Source of the DNA: Chara braunii
Taxonomy: Eukaryota; Plantae; Charophyceae
Assembly: GCA_003427395.1 (NCBI GenBank)
Contig: BFEA01000043.1
Span: 994,330 to 1,054,558 of the forward strand
DNA: 60,229 nt
Reading direction: 5' to 3'
Numbering within the stretch: the first letter of the stretch is position 1; each line of letters begins with the position of its first letter. Made by a program: the position numbers and the translations under genes. This document shows positions 11,717 to 24,509 of the stretch, piece after piece. A model generated the notes under the pieces. It saw only the letters and a program-made list of their open reading frames with translations, did no database searches and had not been told where the DNA came from.

Positions 11717-12850
11717 CTTTTTTTTTTTTTTTTTGCAAGAATGAGTGTCCTTTTCACCCCAGATCTTTTTTCTCTTCTTTTCTCTCTCCTTGACACTGGG
11801 AGGTCACATAATTGTCAGGGCCTGCTGCTCCCTTGTTCATCCGTGGACAGTACGAACCTGTTCCTAAGAGTGGCCAGGTTCTTGCTTTGGACAGTACGAA
11901 CCTGTGCCTAAGAGTGGCCAGGTTCTTGCTTTTCTAAGCACGAACATAGCACCACTGGATTCTGGCCCTAATTGCCAGAGAGAGAGCTTGCAGCCGTTCA
12001 AGTGCACTTCACCTTGGGCACGAGGTCCAACTCACGTGGGTTCTTACTTTTCCCCCTTATTTTTGCCCCCTTGAACCCCTTTCCTTGGTGCTCCTTTCCC
12101 CCCCACCATATCCTCCCATTTTTTTTAAATCACAGTACAGGAGATGCCTGACAGATCCTTCCGGACGTCCGTTAGAATTGGCACGATACAGAGAAGATTT
12201 GCATGGTCCCTACACAAGGGTGAAAAAAAAAGGGAGAGATGTCACTGCAAAAGAAACGAATTTCTGCTCTGCAAACAAAGGAAAGTCGGACCTCTGCCCT
12301 GTACAAAGAAGAACTGGCCTGGACTTCGGAAAAAAAGTAGCGTCACAAAAATAATATTTGTCAGGGTGATCAACGGTGGACTGATGATTGCAACCATCAT
12401 GTGTCCGAAATGCAGCCTCTACAACAACCTGGGCTTTAAAATAATAATTGAAAGAAAAAAAGAAAGAAGAAAAAGAAGAAGAACAAGAACCGGCACCTAC
12501 TCCCCCTCTGCCCTCCCTATCTGCCTCGCCCAACTCCGCCCCTTCCCTCCATCCCACCCGGCCTCCCCTTCCACTTTTGTCACCCCCTCCCCTCTACAGT
12601 CCCCAATGCCAGCCACAGGGTTCTAGCAGCCTGGGTCCCCCACACACCCACACCTCCCAGTGGACCCACCCCCACTAACACCTACCTCCCCACCCCCTTC
12701 ACTATCCGTCTCACCCCGACCTGCCCCTTCCCTTCATCCCGCCCGGCCTTCCCTCCCCTCTCATCCCCCCCTGCCCCCCCCACCCCTCCTCCTCCACAGT
12801 CCCCCACTCCTAGGACCCTGCATCCGCCCCTCCCGGCCAGCCCGCCCTCA

Positions 12851-13190
12851 CAAGCCCCGGTGCCCCCATCCCTCCCTCTCTCTGAATCTTCCCCCCTGCC
12901 CGTCACCGACCCCCTGCCCAGCCCCCCTCCCCCTCCCTTCACCGCCCGTGACCCCTTATACCAGACAGAGTGCTCACCAAGCGAACCATACAGCCAAGCA
13001 AGACGGAGCAAGCCCGGTGCCCCCACCCCTCCCTCTCTCTGACTCCCCCCGCCCTGCCCATCACTCAACCCCTGCCCATCACCGACCCCCTGCCCAGCCC
13101 CCCTTCCTGTCCCTTCACTGCCCGTGTCCCCTTATACCGGACAGAGTGCTTGCCAAGCGAACCATACAGCCAAGCAAGACGAAGCAACTG
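12851..13190. repeat. Two ~160-bp C-rich tandem units within a C-rich tract (12500-13190)
   Basis: CAAGCCCGGTGCCCC...CCAAGCGAACCATACAGCCAAGCAAGACG occurs twice. Confidence 0.8.
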
Positions 13191-13774
13191 GAAGAAGCAG
13201 CCTGACAAGATCTGTACCGCAGCTCCCCTGGAGCAGGGGCAGGGAAGACCAAAGGGACAGCAAGGCACTACAACCACAGCATAAAGACAGCAGTCTCTCC
13301 AACACCATGGACTTCAAAAAAAAANNNNNNNNNNNNNNNNNNNNNNNNNNNNNNNNNNNNNNNNNNNNNNNNNNNNNNNNNNNNNNNNNNNNNNNNNNNN
13401 NNNNNNNNNNNNNNNNNNNNNNNNNNNNNNNNNNNNNNNNNNNNNNNNNNNNNNNNNNNNNNNNNNNNNNNNNNNNNNNNNNNNNNNNNNNNNNNNNNNN
13501 NNNNNNNNNNNNNNNNNNNNNNNNNNNNNNNNNNNNNNNNNNNNNNNNNNNNNNNNNNNNNNNNNNNNNNNNNNNNNNNNNNNNNNNNNNNNNNNNNNNN
13601 NNNNNNNNNNNNNNNNNNNNNNNNNNNNNNNNNNNNNNNNNNNNNNNNNNNNNNNNNNNNNNNNNNNNNNNNNNNNNNNNNNNNNNNNNNNNNNNNNNNN
13701 NNNNNNNNNNNNNNNNNNNNNNNNNNNNNNNNNNNNNNNNNNNNNNNNNNNNNNNNNNNNNNNNNNNNNNNNNN

Positions 13775-13990
13775 ACATCGCTGTGCAATGTCTATGTCTA
13801 TGGCACTGCAGTGTCTATGCAACAGTGCTATGTCAATAGTGAATTCCTACATCGCTGTGCAATGTCTATGTCTATGGCACTGCAGTGTCTATGCAGCAGT
13901 GCTATGTCAATAGCGAATTCCTAACATCGCTGTGCAATGTCTATGTCTATGGCACTGCAGTGTCTATGCAACAGTGCTATGTCTATTGAC
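13775..13990. repeat. ~74-bp minisatellite running into a gap
   Basis: ACATCGCTGTGCAATGTCTATGTCTATGGCACTGCAGTGTCTATGC... three copies. Confidence 0.9.
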
Positions 13991-14456
13991 TATTGCCAGG
14001 ATGGGTCTATCTCCTGTAGATACCGACTGATATGTCCATTGACTATAGCATGGTCGCATGTTCATCCACATAGATAGCACAGCGCCCTGTCTATGTCTAT
14101 GTCTATAGCACGATGGGAAGTTGGCACACTCACTACCGTGAATGCCCTGTCATTACAGCCATATTTGGGGCAAACTTTAAGTCCAGATGCAGCGATAATG
14201 ACCAGGCGTTCTATTCAGGTGAAGCCGGTAGTCTGGATTGCGCATCACACACAACCCATTCTAGTCATAGGCACATGCAGAGATTTACACACATAGGCAT
14301 AGCTGTGGACATAGCCATAGGCACAGAAATAGTCATAGACACACAGAGGTCACATACATCCATGTCTATGGTTAGCTATAGCCATATCCATACCCATACC
14401 CAAAGACAACCCCACTCGTCAAACTACCCATGGGCCGACCGGACATATAGCCTTAA

Positions 14457-14763
14457 ACCACCAGTACTTGGCCCAGCCATCGGCCGCGGTAAAAAAAAGA
14501 GTAGAAAAGTTTCTAGTCGGAGTACCTTTCCTTGGCCACAACATCTTTCGAAGTATGCGGTGGCAACCTTACGGCTCGAAGAGCAGACGCTTCGTGTCTG
14601 AATCCCACGAAGGAGCGAAAGCGCGTAAGAATTTGACTGTCTTTGCGGATACCGCTAAATACATCAAAAGACTTCAGATGAATTTGGGCACTCCTGTAGT
14701 AGCCCGTACATTTCCTAGAATCGTGGCGCATTAACAGGCACGACTCGAGGAAGTACTGGTGGT
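14457..14763. mobile_element. TTAA-family element (second internal variant)
   Basis: TTAA|ACCACCAGTACTTGGCCCAGC ... AAGTACTGGTGGT; internal homology to 33626-33775, 39308-39430 and 1-150. Confidence 0.75.
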
Positions 14764-16704
14764 TTTAAAACATAGGCAAGAAAATAGACGGACATATTTA
14801 CAAACATAAACATAAACATAGACATAGCCATTGACATAGATATAGCCATCGCCATAGACATAGACAAGTATGTCCATGTCTATTGACAGCCATAGCCACA
14901 GCCATAGCCATAGACATAGACATTACCACACATCGAATTATATATGGGACTTACCCCTTCAAACCGCCTGCACATGCCATATATCGGCCGCGAGCCTCTT
15001 TTAGAGGCAAAAACACGATACCGGCTGCCGACGGGGCCCCCTTTCAGAGGCTGAAACACGACGCGCGCCGCCGACATATTTTCTCGACGGCGCACCTCGG
15101 CCAACTTTTTTCAGAGCGGGTGACGAACAAGTCTCCACATGGCTGGGGCCATGTACTAGCGGTTTAAACCACTCTTCTACCAGCCTTTAGAAATTTGGGG
15201 GACCTACAGGCCGTTTTCTCGAATAGGCAGGTGGCTTACCAGTAGGTCTGTGTTGGGGCCGGCCTTAGTCCCAGAGTGGCAAAAATGGAAATATGCCGAA
15301 TTGATTATTTCACAGTCAACATGATTTTTTTAATTTTTTTGCTATTTTTCCTAGAAAGGTCACAACAAAATCACCAGCGGGGTAAACGGTTTTCATTACT
15401 GAAATCAGTTTTTTTTTGTCAAAATCCCCGGGTCACCCTATTTTCCCGGACGGCCCGGCCGTGCAAGGCCCAGGGAAGGTCCTAGCAAAAAAACAATAAT
15501 AAAAAAATCAAAAAAATCCGAAAAAAAAATAATGTTATGCACAAAAATAAACTGAACAACTTTTGCCTCAGGGTCACATCGAAACTCTTTACCAAATTAT
15601 CGTCACCAGAGTATGCGTTCGGCCGTATGGGACCCCTTGGGGATGCGTTCGGCCGTTCGGGCCGAACGCGGACCCAAAAAAAAAAAAACAAAAAAAAACA
15701 AAGTTCGTCAAAAAAGTCTGAAAAAAAGATATGTTATGGAGAAAAATACATTAAACAAGATTTGCCTGAGCATTACGTCCGAATTCCTTACCAAATTTGA
15801 AATAAAAATAAAATACACAGAACAAATACTAATAATAAAAATAAAAAGAGAATTAAATTTAGTGAGTGCACGAGCATGTTTTCGACACCGCCATCTTTGG
15901 CGATTTTTCATTTTTTTTTGGCATAGCTAAAATATAGATCTGTACTTCACATAATACAAAACCCACTAAAAAAGTTTCAAAAAATAAAATACACAGAACA
16001 AATACTAGACCCCGAACTAAAGTGAAAACAAAAAGTCAAAAGTGAAAAAAAACGTGGGCGAGCACGTTTTGACACCGCCATCTTTGGCGATTTTTAATTC
16101 TTATTTGGCTAAGCCAAATGACTTGAAACTTTATAGGCATGTACCTCACGTCATAGAGAACTCATAAAAAAACAATTCAGAAAAAAATATATATTTTTAG
16201 GCCGCGAAATCATTTTTGGCGGGGGCCGAACGCCGTCGGGTTCGGGCCCCGTACGGGACCCCGAACGCCCGAACGTGCGGAGGTCCGCCCGGGGGCCTCC
16301 GTACGTACAGGCTGGTAACCCTGATCATCACAAACAGAACTGCTCGGTAAACCGTAGGCAGAGAGAGAGAAGAGGACAACAAACGAGGGGCTGTGACAAA
16401 CTGTTTATAATATATATTTTTGGCCCGGCCGGGCAACTGGCCCCGGGCCACTCTGGTAGCCTAGCAAAATTTTCATTTTTTTCAATTTTTGTGATTTTTT
16501 TTTTTACTGTTGGAATTGAGTCTGGTGACCATTTCTCAATGTCTGAAGTGTTTTTGTCCATTGGAATTGTCTGTTGTGACCATTTCCAAAAAACGCTGAA
16601 AATTCTGAAATTCTCTGAAAGTAAAATTTCATTCAAGTGCACTTTTGCCTCACAGTTTCACCCTGTTTTCATTTTTCTTTCGGTTTTTTTTTTTTTTTTT
16701 TTTT

Positions 16705-16997
16705 GGGAAATTTTTGAAATGCCCCTGAAGTTTGAGTTTATTTGCGATTTGCCCCTCTGACGACCGACTTACCCTGATTTGCCCCTCCGACAACGATCCA
16801 AGTTTCCAAAAAAAACTGGCGTCAATTGGGCCTGAAATATGTTCAATATGCCCCTACCGGTACCCGTGCCAAATTTCCAGTATGCCCCTACCGGAGAGCC
16901 GATGGGTACCAGTGCCAGATTTCCATGCTACGTCAAGCCAACTCCTACCGTCTATAACGGTATGTTCACGGCTGTACATTACCCTCCTACCTCCACG

Positions 16998-17035
<38 letters not shown>

Positions 17036-17529
17036 NNNNNNNNNNNNNNNNNNNNNNNNNNNNNNNNNNNNNNNNNNNNNNNNNNNNNNNNNNNNNNNNN
17101 NNNNNNNNNNAGAAGGGGAGGAACACTCACCTTCGGCAACGTTCTCCGAGGACGTCGAAGGCGGCAGCAGGTCGCAGTACCAGAAGAATGAACTCCGCAG
17201 TGAATTGAAGCAGTGGACACAACGTGGACTGGAGCCCTGTTTTTTGGCGAAGAGGCCCGGAAAATCAAGGAGTTTGAATTCAAATTCTGAGGGCCTCCCC
17301 GCTGGAGGGCATCCCAGGAAGATGCATCCAATGCAGAAGGGCAAAATGGACAGCCACCACGGGAAATGGGACCGGCCTACCGGTAGGGGCATTCCGAAAA
17401 GTTGTGGCCCTCACTGACAGGGGCCTTTTCAAAAGTTCAGAGGCCCCAGGGGCAAATCAGGGTAAGTCAGCCGTAGGAGGGGCGAAGCGCAAATAAACCC
17501 AAACTTCAGGGGCATTTCGAAAATTTCCC
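16705..17529. mobile_element. Mutator-like non-autonomous element with ~80-bp TIRs
   Basis: GGGAAATTTTTGAAATGCCCCTGAAGTTTGAGTTTATTTGCG... mirrored by ...CGCAAATAAACCCAAACTTCAGGGGCATTTCGAAAATTTCCC; flanked by T-runs. Confidence 0.7.
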
Positions 17530-17544
17530 CTTTTTTTTTTTAAC

Positions 17545-17980
17545 CACACTATATTCTTTTCTCAAATCTTTCATCATCTTTCAAATTCTTTCAAATTCAC
17601 CTTCACTACCTACCTACCACTACTCCTAAGGCTTAGACAGGGGACCCCTGCAAACATAGCTTTGTTGTCTCCCTCCAGCCATCAGAGGGGATGAATGTTG
17701 CCCCCCGCCCCAGCTATGGTGGTCAAGGATGGGTTGGGGCCGCCGGTGGGGGTCCGGCTAACGCAAAGACCGAGCATTTTGCCAGTAGCCTCCCTTTTCA
17801 TCGTCCCCCAACCCTAACCGAATAACAGCAGTGTCTAAGGCCAAGACTCTCCCACACACCACACACAACCCACTCACACTCACACTCCCACACGTGTTGG
17901 CCAAGGACCCTGCTATTACCGATCAGAGGTATCAAGCGGACTATCACTGCTGGTTGGCACTAAGTGCGCCAACAGCTCAT
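17545..17980 (-). mobile_element. Head-less copy of the same SINE family
   Basis: Colinear homology to 11080-11645 (GCAGTGTCTAAGGCCAA, ATCAGAGGTATCA, GGGGACCCCTGCAA). Confidence 0.7.
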
Positions 17981-17999
17981 TTTTTTTTAAAAGGCCTTC

Positions 18000-19918
18000 T
18001 GCTTTTCTTATAAATAGCTTTCAAAAAATGCTGAAGTTTTGGGTCTCAGTTAACCGCCACTCAACAAAATCTGCGGCCGCTCAAATTTTCAGAAAATTTC
18101 ACTCATTCCTCTGGTCGAGAAAAATCACTAAAGCTGGAGTACATCTGTTCGCCCTCACATCGCAGAATGGCAAAAATGAAATTGCATCAATTCGGCGCCA
18201 CGACTATTTCACGGCCAAATTGATTTCTTATTTTTTCCTGATATTTTTTTCTGGAAAGACCATGACCTAATCTACAAACCCTCAAATTTTTAGAATTTCT
18301 AACTCATTCTTCCCTCAAATTTTTAGAACTTTTAACTTGTTCTTCTGAGCGAGAAAAGTAACCAAAGTTGCCGTACTTCAAAACAAAAAAAACAAAAAAG
18401 TTGTCGTGCTTCTTCTGTTAGCCGACAAATGGTAGAGTGGCAAAAATGGAGATGCGCTGTATCGGCGTGGCGATTACTTCACAGGCAAAATGTTTTCCTT
18501 TTTTAATTTTCTGATATTTTTCCTGGAAAGATCGCGACCTAATCTACAGACCCTCAAATTTTTAGAATTTTCCTGTTAATTTTTTTGAGCATGAAAAATC
18601 ACCAAAATTGCCGCTTTGAAATTGCAGGACTAGACCCGCCGGTTGGCAACAGTCGCCGGCCCCCCAAAAAAACCGCCCAAACTCGCAGGGAGGGCAGTTT
18701 CCAGGAGGCGGGTAGAGGGGTGGTTTAAACCGCCTCCCCCCCGACGTCTCGGGGGACTGGTAGCGCAGTTTCACGAGGAGTGCCGGTAGCGTAGTGTGGA
18801 GAACCGACAGAATGGCAAAAGTGGAAATTGCTTCAAAATGCGGCAGCATTTACTTTGCGGCCCACATGATTTTATTATTTTTTAATTAAATATTTTCTTC
18901 CAAAAAGATCACAACGAAATCTATGGGCCCTCCAATGTTCAGCCTTTCTCACTCATTCTTCTGAGCGCAAAAAATCACTGAAGTTGGGGTACTCTTTCTG
19001 TTGGCCTGCTCATGGTAGAGTGGCAAAAATGGAAATGCGCCGAATCGGCGCGGCGATTATTTCACAATTAACATGATTTTATTTATTTATTCTGATATTT
19101 TTCCTTGAAAGATCACAACCTAATCTACGGACCCTCAAATTTTCAGAAGTTTTCAACAATTCTTCTGAGCACGAAAAATCACCAAAGTTACAGCTTTCAA
19201 ATGGTGGGATTGGACCCGCCAGTGACGAAAAAACGCCACTNNNNNNNNNNNNNNNNNNNNNNNNNNNNNNNNNNNNNNNNNNNNNNNNNNNNNNNNNNNN
19301 NNNNNNNNNNNNNNNNNNNNNNNNNNNNNNNNNNNNNNNNNNNNNNNNNNNNNNNNNNNNNNNNNNNNNNNNNNNNNNNNNNNNNNNNNNNNNNNNNNNN
19401 NNNNNNNNNNNNNNNNNNNNNNNNNNNNNNNNNNNNNNNNNNNNNNNNNCGCCAGTGACGAAAAAACGCCACTCCTCATCTATGGACCCTCAAATTTTCA
19501 GAAATTTTCAACAATTCTTCTGAGCACGAAAAATCACCAAAGTTGCAGCTTTCAAATGGTGGGATTGGACCTGCCAGTGACGAAAAAACGCCACTCCCCC
19601 CAACAGCTGAAAACCCTCGGCCCTGCGAGTTAGGGCCAGGTTCTACGGAGGGGGGGCGACCGTTCATCACCGGCGGGTCCAGTCCCGCCATTTGTAAGCC
19701 GCAACTTTGGTGATTTTTCGTGCTCAGAAGAATTGTTGAAAATTTCTGAAAATCTGAGGTTCCGTAGATTAGGTCGTGATCTTTCAAGGAAAAATATCAG
19801 AATAAATAAATTTAAAATAAAATCATTTTCACCATGAAATAATCGCCGCGCCTATTCAGCGCATTTCCAATTTTTTGACTCAAATTCGATTTTTACCATT
19901 CACCCGGTTTTCCACTCT
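18000..19918. repeat. Cluster of ~200-250 bp long-TIR repeat units (AGAGTGGCAAAAATGGAAAT...), last pair inverted; further copies at ~15273 and ~32720-33120
   Basis: Unit starts at ~18163, 18434, 18808 and 19017; 19660-19880 is the reverse complement of 19025-19235. Confidence 0.7.
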
Positions 19919-20274
19919 GTGCTACTGATACCCCTCGTGAAAAGGCGCTACCAGTAGGAGAAGGTTTTTGCTTCGGGGGAAGGAGGTTTTTTGCTTCGGG
20001 GGGAGTGGCGGTTGCCACCGGTACACGGCCCCAAACTGGCAGACAAAAATTGCAAGTTGCCAACTCCGAACGTTGCAGGGCTCGGGCCTACCAGGGGTGG
20101 CAGCCAAGAAAGAAAAAAGTGCACTGCTGGCAGTTCGGAAAAGCTTGGGGTGCAGCGCAGCGCCTCCAGGTGCGGGAGACGGCAAAATTAACAGACAATG
20201 GGATCCAGTCATACTGGCGGTCAGGTGCGGGCCTACTGGCGGTTTGAAAACATAGACGGAAAATTTGACAGTCA

Positions 20275-21213
20275 GTGACACATAGTCATAGACATAGTCT
20301 AAGTCGCAGACATAGTCATAGCCACAGTCATAGACATAGCCTAAGTCGCAGACATAGTCATAGCCACAGTCATAGACATAGCCTAAGTCGCAGACATAGT
20401 CATAGCCACAGTCATAGACATAGCCGAAGTCACAGTCATGTTCATAGCCTAAGTCACAGTCATAGACATAGTCATAGCCACAGTCATCAACATAGCCTAA
20501 GTCACAGACATAGCCTAAGTCACAGACATGGCCTAAGTCGCAGACATAGCCTAAGTCGCAGACATAACCTAAACATAGCCTGGCCTAAGTCGCAGACATA
20601 GCTTAAGTCGCAGACATAGCCTAAGTCGCAAACATAGCCTGAGTCGCAGACATAGTCATAGCAACAGTGATAGACATAGCCTAAGTCGCAGACATAGTCA
20701 TAGCCACAGTAATAGACATAGCCTAAGTCACAATCATAGACATNNNNNNNNNNNNNNNNNNNNNNNNNNNNNNNNNNNNNNNNNNNNNNNNNNNNNNNNN
20801 NNNNNNNNNNNNNNNNNNNNNNNNNNNNNNNNNNNNNNNNNNNNNNNNNNNNNNNNNNNNNNNNNNNNNNNNNNNNNNNNNNNNNNNNNNNNNNNNNNNN
20901 NNNNNNNNNNNNNNNNNNNNNNNNNNNNNNNNNNNNNNNNNNNNNNNNNNNNNNNNNNNNNNNNNNNNNNNNNNNNNNNNNNNNNNNNNNNNNNNNNNNN
21001 NNNNNNNNNNNNNNNNNNNNNNNNNNNNNNNNNNNNNNNNNNNNNNNNNNNNNNNNNNNNNNNNNNNNNNNNNNNNNNNNNNNNNNNNNNNNNNNNNNNN
21101 NNNNNNNNNNNNNTGGGACTTACCCCTAAAACTATCCATGGGACTTACCCCTAAAACTATCCATGGGACTTACCCCTAAAACTATCCATGGGACTTACCC
21201 CTAAAACTATCCA
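20275..21213. repeat. Hierarchical 6/18/42-bp CATAG minisatellite, then a gap, then a 25-bp tandem repeat
   Basis: AGACATAGCCTAAGTCGC units at 20275-20743; TGGGACTTACCCCTAAAACTATCCA x4 at 21114-21213. Confidence 0.9.
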
Positions 21214-21791
21214 TGTGTACACGGCCTCAGCCTTGCAGTCCCAAACTTGATGCCACAAGAAAACGAGGCCCAAGCGTCAAACGCTGACCCTGCCGTTGAA
21301 AAATTTGATTGGTGGTGGTGTTTGCGTTTCGCGCCTCCAGAATTTGAGGTCTCAGGCCCGCGGCCCAGGTGCCCATGTACGGGTGGTTTAATCCACCCAC
21401 CCGTACACCTGGGCCTGGCGGCGTGGCACTGGCCGCCAAGCTTTTTGCGAAACCACCAGCAGTGCACTTTTTTCCTGCCGCATTGGGCACCAAGCTTTGC
21501 CGAAATGCCAGCGGTGCACTTTTTTCCTTTTTGGGGTGGTGCCGCCAGCCATTGAGGCCTTGTAGCCCCAAGCGTCCGAATTTTTAGGAGCGGGCTATGA
21601 AGAAACCTTGCAAGGCTGGGGCCATGTACTCGCGGTTTACGAACATTGGGGCTCGCTGCACTACTCTTGACATGCACAAAAGACAAAAATCATGGCCCCG
21701 TACCTTTCCATATTCTAGCGAAAGATTCACTCTGGCTTTGCACATTTCAAGAGTAGTGCAGCCACACCCATTGACTTGATTGAGAGAGAAA

Positions 21792-22259
21792 GGGCCTCGT
21801 TCCATACCACTTAACAACCCTTACATTGTAAGGGCACCCTTACCGGCGAAGGGTGATTAAATTACCCTAACAACCATTTTTGTTCCACAGCGCACTACAC
21901 TTACCCTACACTTACCCGCCCTTACATCTCAGGTGAGGGGGGGCAGGTGTCAGAAGGTCGGTTTGTCGCCCACGCACTGGACCAGGAACAAATGCGGTTC
22001 GTCAGGAAAGGAAAAAAATTGCCGACTGCCTCCGCGAATGACGCGATCTGTAGGGTCCCACCCTCACATTTCAAGTCACCTCCAACGGCTCCCTAGAGAT
22101 TTCCGTCGTTTTGCCTGGGCCGCCCTTATTTTTTAAGGGCGGACCCTACAGCCCCAAAATGTGGAAACACTCCCGAGTTCGTTTTCGTCGTGATTAGGGT
22201 ACTGCGGAACGATGATTTTGTAAGGATCCTTACATTTCAAGTGGTATGGAACGAGGCCC
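21792..22259. mobile_element. PIF/Harbinger-like (Tourist-type) MITE
   Basis: Perfect 21-bp TIR GGGCCTCGTTCCATACCACTT; 3-bp AAA on both flanks. Confidence 0.75.
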
Positions 22260-22997
22260 AAAGAGCCAGAGACTGCGAGAAGGAAGATAGAGACATTTAA
22301 CAAACAAAAAAAAAAAAGATAGAGACATAGTACTGCAGGGATAGTGCCACTCTGTGCAATGCGGGTAAGTTAACCAGAGAACTTGGTCCGGCCTACAGAC
22401 CACGTGCATCTCGCGATGTCCGAGAGAGCTTGTTTTGAGAGGTTGCAAAGGAGGTAGAGAGAAGTGGGAGGAGGTGGAGAGCAAGAGGGAAGACCGTGGG
22501 GGGAGAGGGGGCGCAGCAAAGGCAGCCAGTCAGGCTGAGGCACAGGGAAGGGGACGAAGGAGGTAGAGAGAAGGGGGAGGGGGAGGGGGNNNNNNNNNNN
22601 NNNNNNNNNNNNNNNNNNNNNNNNNNNNNNNNNNNNNNNNNNNNNNNNNNNNNNNNNNNNNNNNNNNNNNNNNNNNNNNNNNNNNNNNNNNNNNNNNNNN
22701 NNNNNNNNNNNNNNNNNNNNNNNNNNNNNNNNNNNNNNNNNNNNNNNNNNNNNNNNNNNNNNNNNNNNNNNNNNNNNNNNNNNNNNNNNNNNNNNNNNNN
22801 NNNNNNNNNNNNNNNNNNNNNNNNNNNNNNNNNNNNNNNNNNNNNNNNNNNNNNNNNNNNNNNNNNNNNNNNNNNNNNNNNNNNNNNNNNNNNNCAGCAA
22901 AGGCAGCCAGTCAGGCTGAGGCGCAGGGAAGGGGACGTGAAACAGGGGGAGAATATACCAGACCGGGTGCTCCACCAGGTTTTCATTTTCTGGACTA

Positions 22998-23103
22998 CCG
23001 TCTTCCCCCGAACACAACGCACCCTTATTTTGGCTGCATCTGGCCGGAAATATAGCTTGTAGACACTCATTTTCAGAGTGCGTTATGTTCGGGGGAAGAC
23101 GGG
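22998..23103. mobile_element. TA-flanked Tc1/mariner-like MITE (short form)
   Basis: ~25-bp TIR CCGTCTTCCCCCGAACACAACGCAC; TA on both sides. Confidence 0.8.
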
Positions 23104-23403
23104 TAGCTTCTGTGAACCGCTTCAAGAAGGGGGACGAGAAAAGAAAAGAGAGAAAAAAAAAAACATTAAAAAATGATTTAGAAAAATATAAAAGAAAAGA
23201 AAAGAACAGAGGAGGGGGCAGGTCACCATGGGATGAGAGGAGAGAAATAAAGGAATGAAGGGGGGAAAAGAGGGTGGGCCTGCAATCAACGCCTCCATGT
23301 AATCCAAGCAAGGGGGTACAGCTGATACCCCTACGAGAAAAAAGAAAAGAAAATGCATATACCCCAAGCAAGGGCATAAATTCTATGCAAAGAAAATCCA
23401 TCC

Positions 23404-23614
23404 CCCTTCTTCCCCAGAACATAACGCATATGCGTTGTATTCGAGTTTCCAAATTTGAAAAAAAAATATATCGTGTAGAACGCATACGCGTTGTATTCGA
23501 AATTTGGGGCTATTCGAATAGAACGCATGTACGCTGTATTCGAAATAGAACGCCCCCCTATGCGTTGTATTCGTTTACAACAACGCGTATGCGTTATGTT
23601 CGGGGGAAGAAGGG
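23404..23614. mobile_element. Tc1/mariner-like MITE (long form)
   Basis: CTTCTTCCCCAGAACATAACGCATATGCG ... CGTATGCGTTATGTTCGGGGGAAGAAGGG|TA. Confidence 0.75.
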
Positions 23615-24010
23615 TAGTCCAGCCTCCCTACTCATTACACCTCCCCCCCCCCCCCCCCCGGGCACCCATCAGGGGAAAAAAACGCGCCAAACAAACATAC
23701 AGTAGTACTAATTAACGGCCCCTATCGAGTCCTCACGATGGCAGGCATCAGCATCAGGAAAGACGAACCGGACGAATTTGGTCGTAATTTGACCCATGTT
23801 CATACTACTTGAGGGTTACACCTCCCCCCGGGGCCCCATCAGGGGGAAAAAGGGAAAAGCGCGCCAAGCAAGCATGAAGTAGTACTAATTAACGGCCCCT
23901 GTCGAGTCCTCACGATGGCAGGCGTCAGGAAAGAAGAACCGGACGAATTTGGTCGTAATTTGACCCATGTTCATACTAATTCAGCGCGGTCTAACACCAG
24001 AACAATTCCC

Positions 24011-24043
24011 GTCTCTTATACACATCTAGATGTGTATAAGAGA
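24011..24043. other. Nextera mate-pair junction adapter, truncated (assembly artefact)
   Basis: GTCTCTTATACACATCT-AGATGTGTATAAGAGA with identical duplication 23810-24011 / 24044-24245. Confidence 0.96.
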
Positions 24044-24509
24044 TGAGGGTTACACCTCCCCCCGGGGCCCCATCAGGGGGAAAAAGGGAAAAGCGCGCCA
24101 AGCAAGCATGAAGTAGTACTAATTAACGGCCCCTGTCGAGTCCTCACGATGGCAGGCGTCAGGAAAGAAGAACCGGACGAATTTGGTCGTAATTTGACCC
24201 ATGTTCATACTAATTCAGCGCGGTCTAACACCAGAACAATTCCCGCTAAACAAACCCTTCTCTACATACTTGCTTCGGCTCCTCCCCCCGCCCCCTTGGC
24301 CCCGCCCCACCGACCGACGCCCCGTTACTATCCCCCCGGTCTCCGGCCCCCACCCCGCCCCCGCACGGATCAAGTACACTGGAGTCCTGTCATCATTCAA
24401 TCTTATAATTACTCCCTCCCTCACCATTTTCCTCCTAATTACCTCCTCTCCCCCTAGACCAGACCTGCTCCGCAAGGACGTCATGTCCCAACACTCAACT
24501 CCAGGGCAC

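Noticed and set aside
12660-13205. Proline-rich extensin-like ORF
   Set aside because: By-product of a C-rich tandem repeat; open in several frames with no signal peptide.
20275-20601. His/Ser/Arg-rich 108-aa ORF
   Set aside because: Translation of a minisatellite whose unit lengths are multiples of 3.
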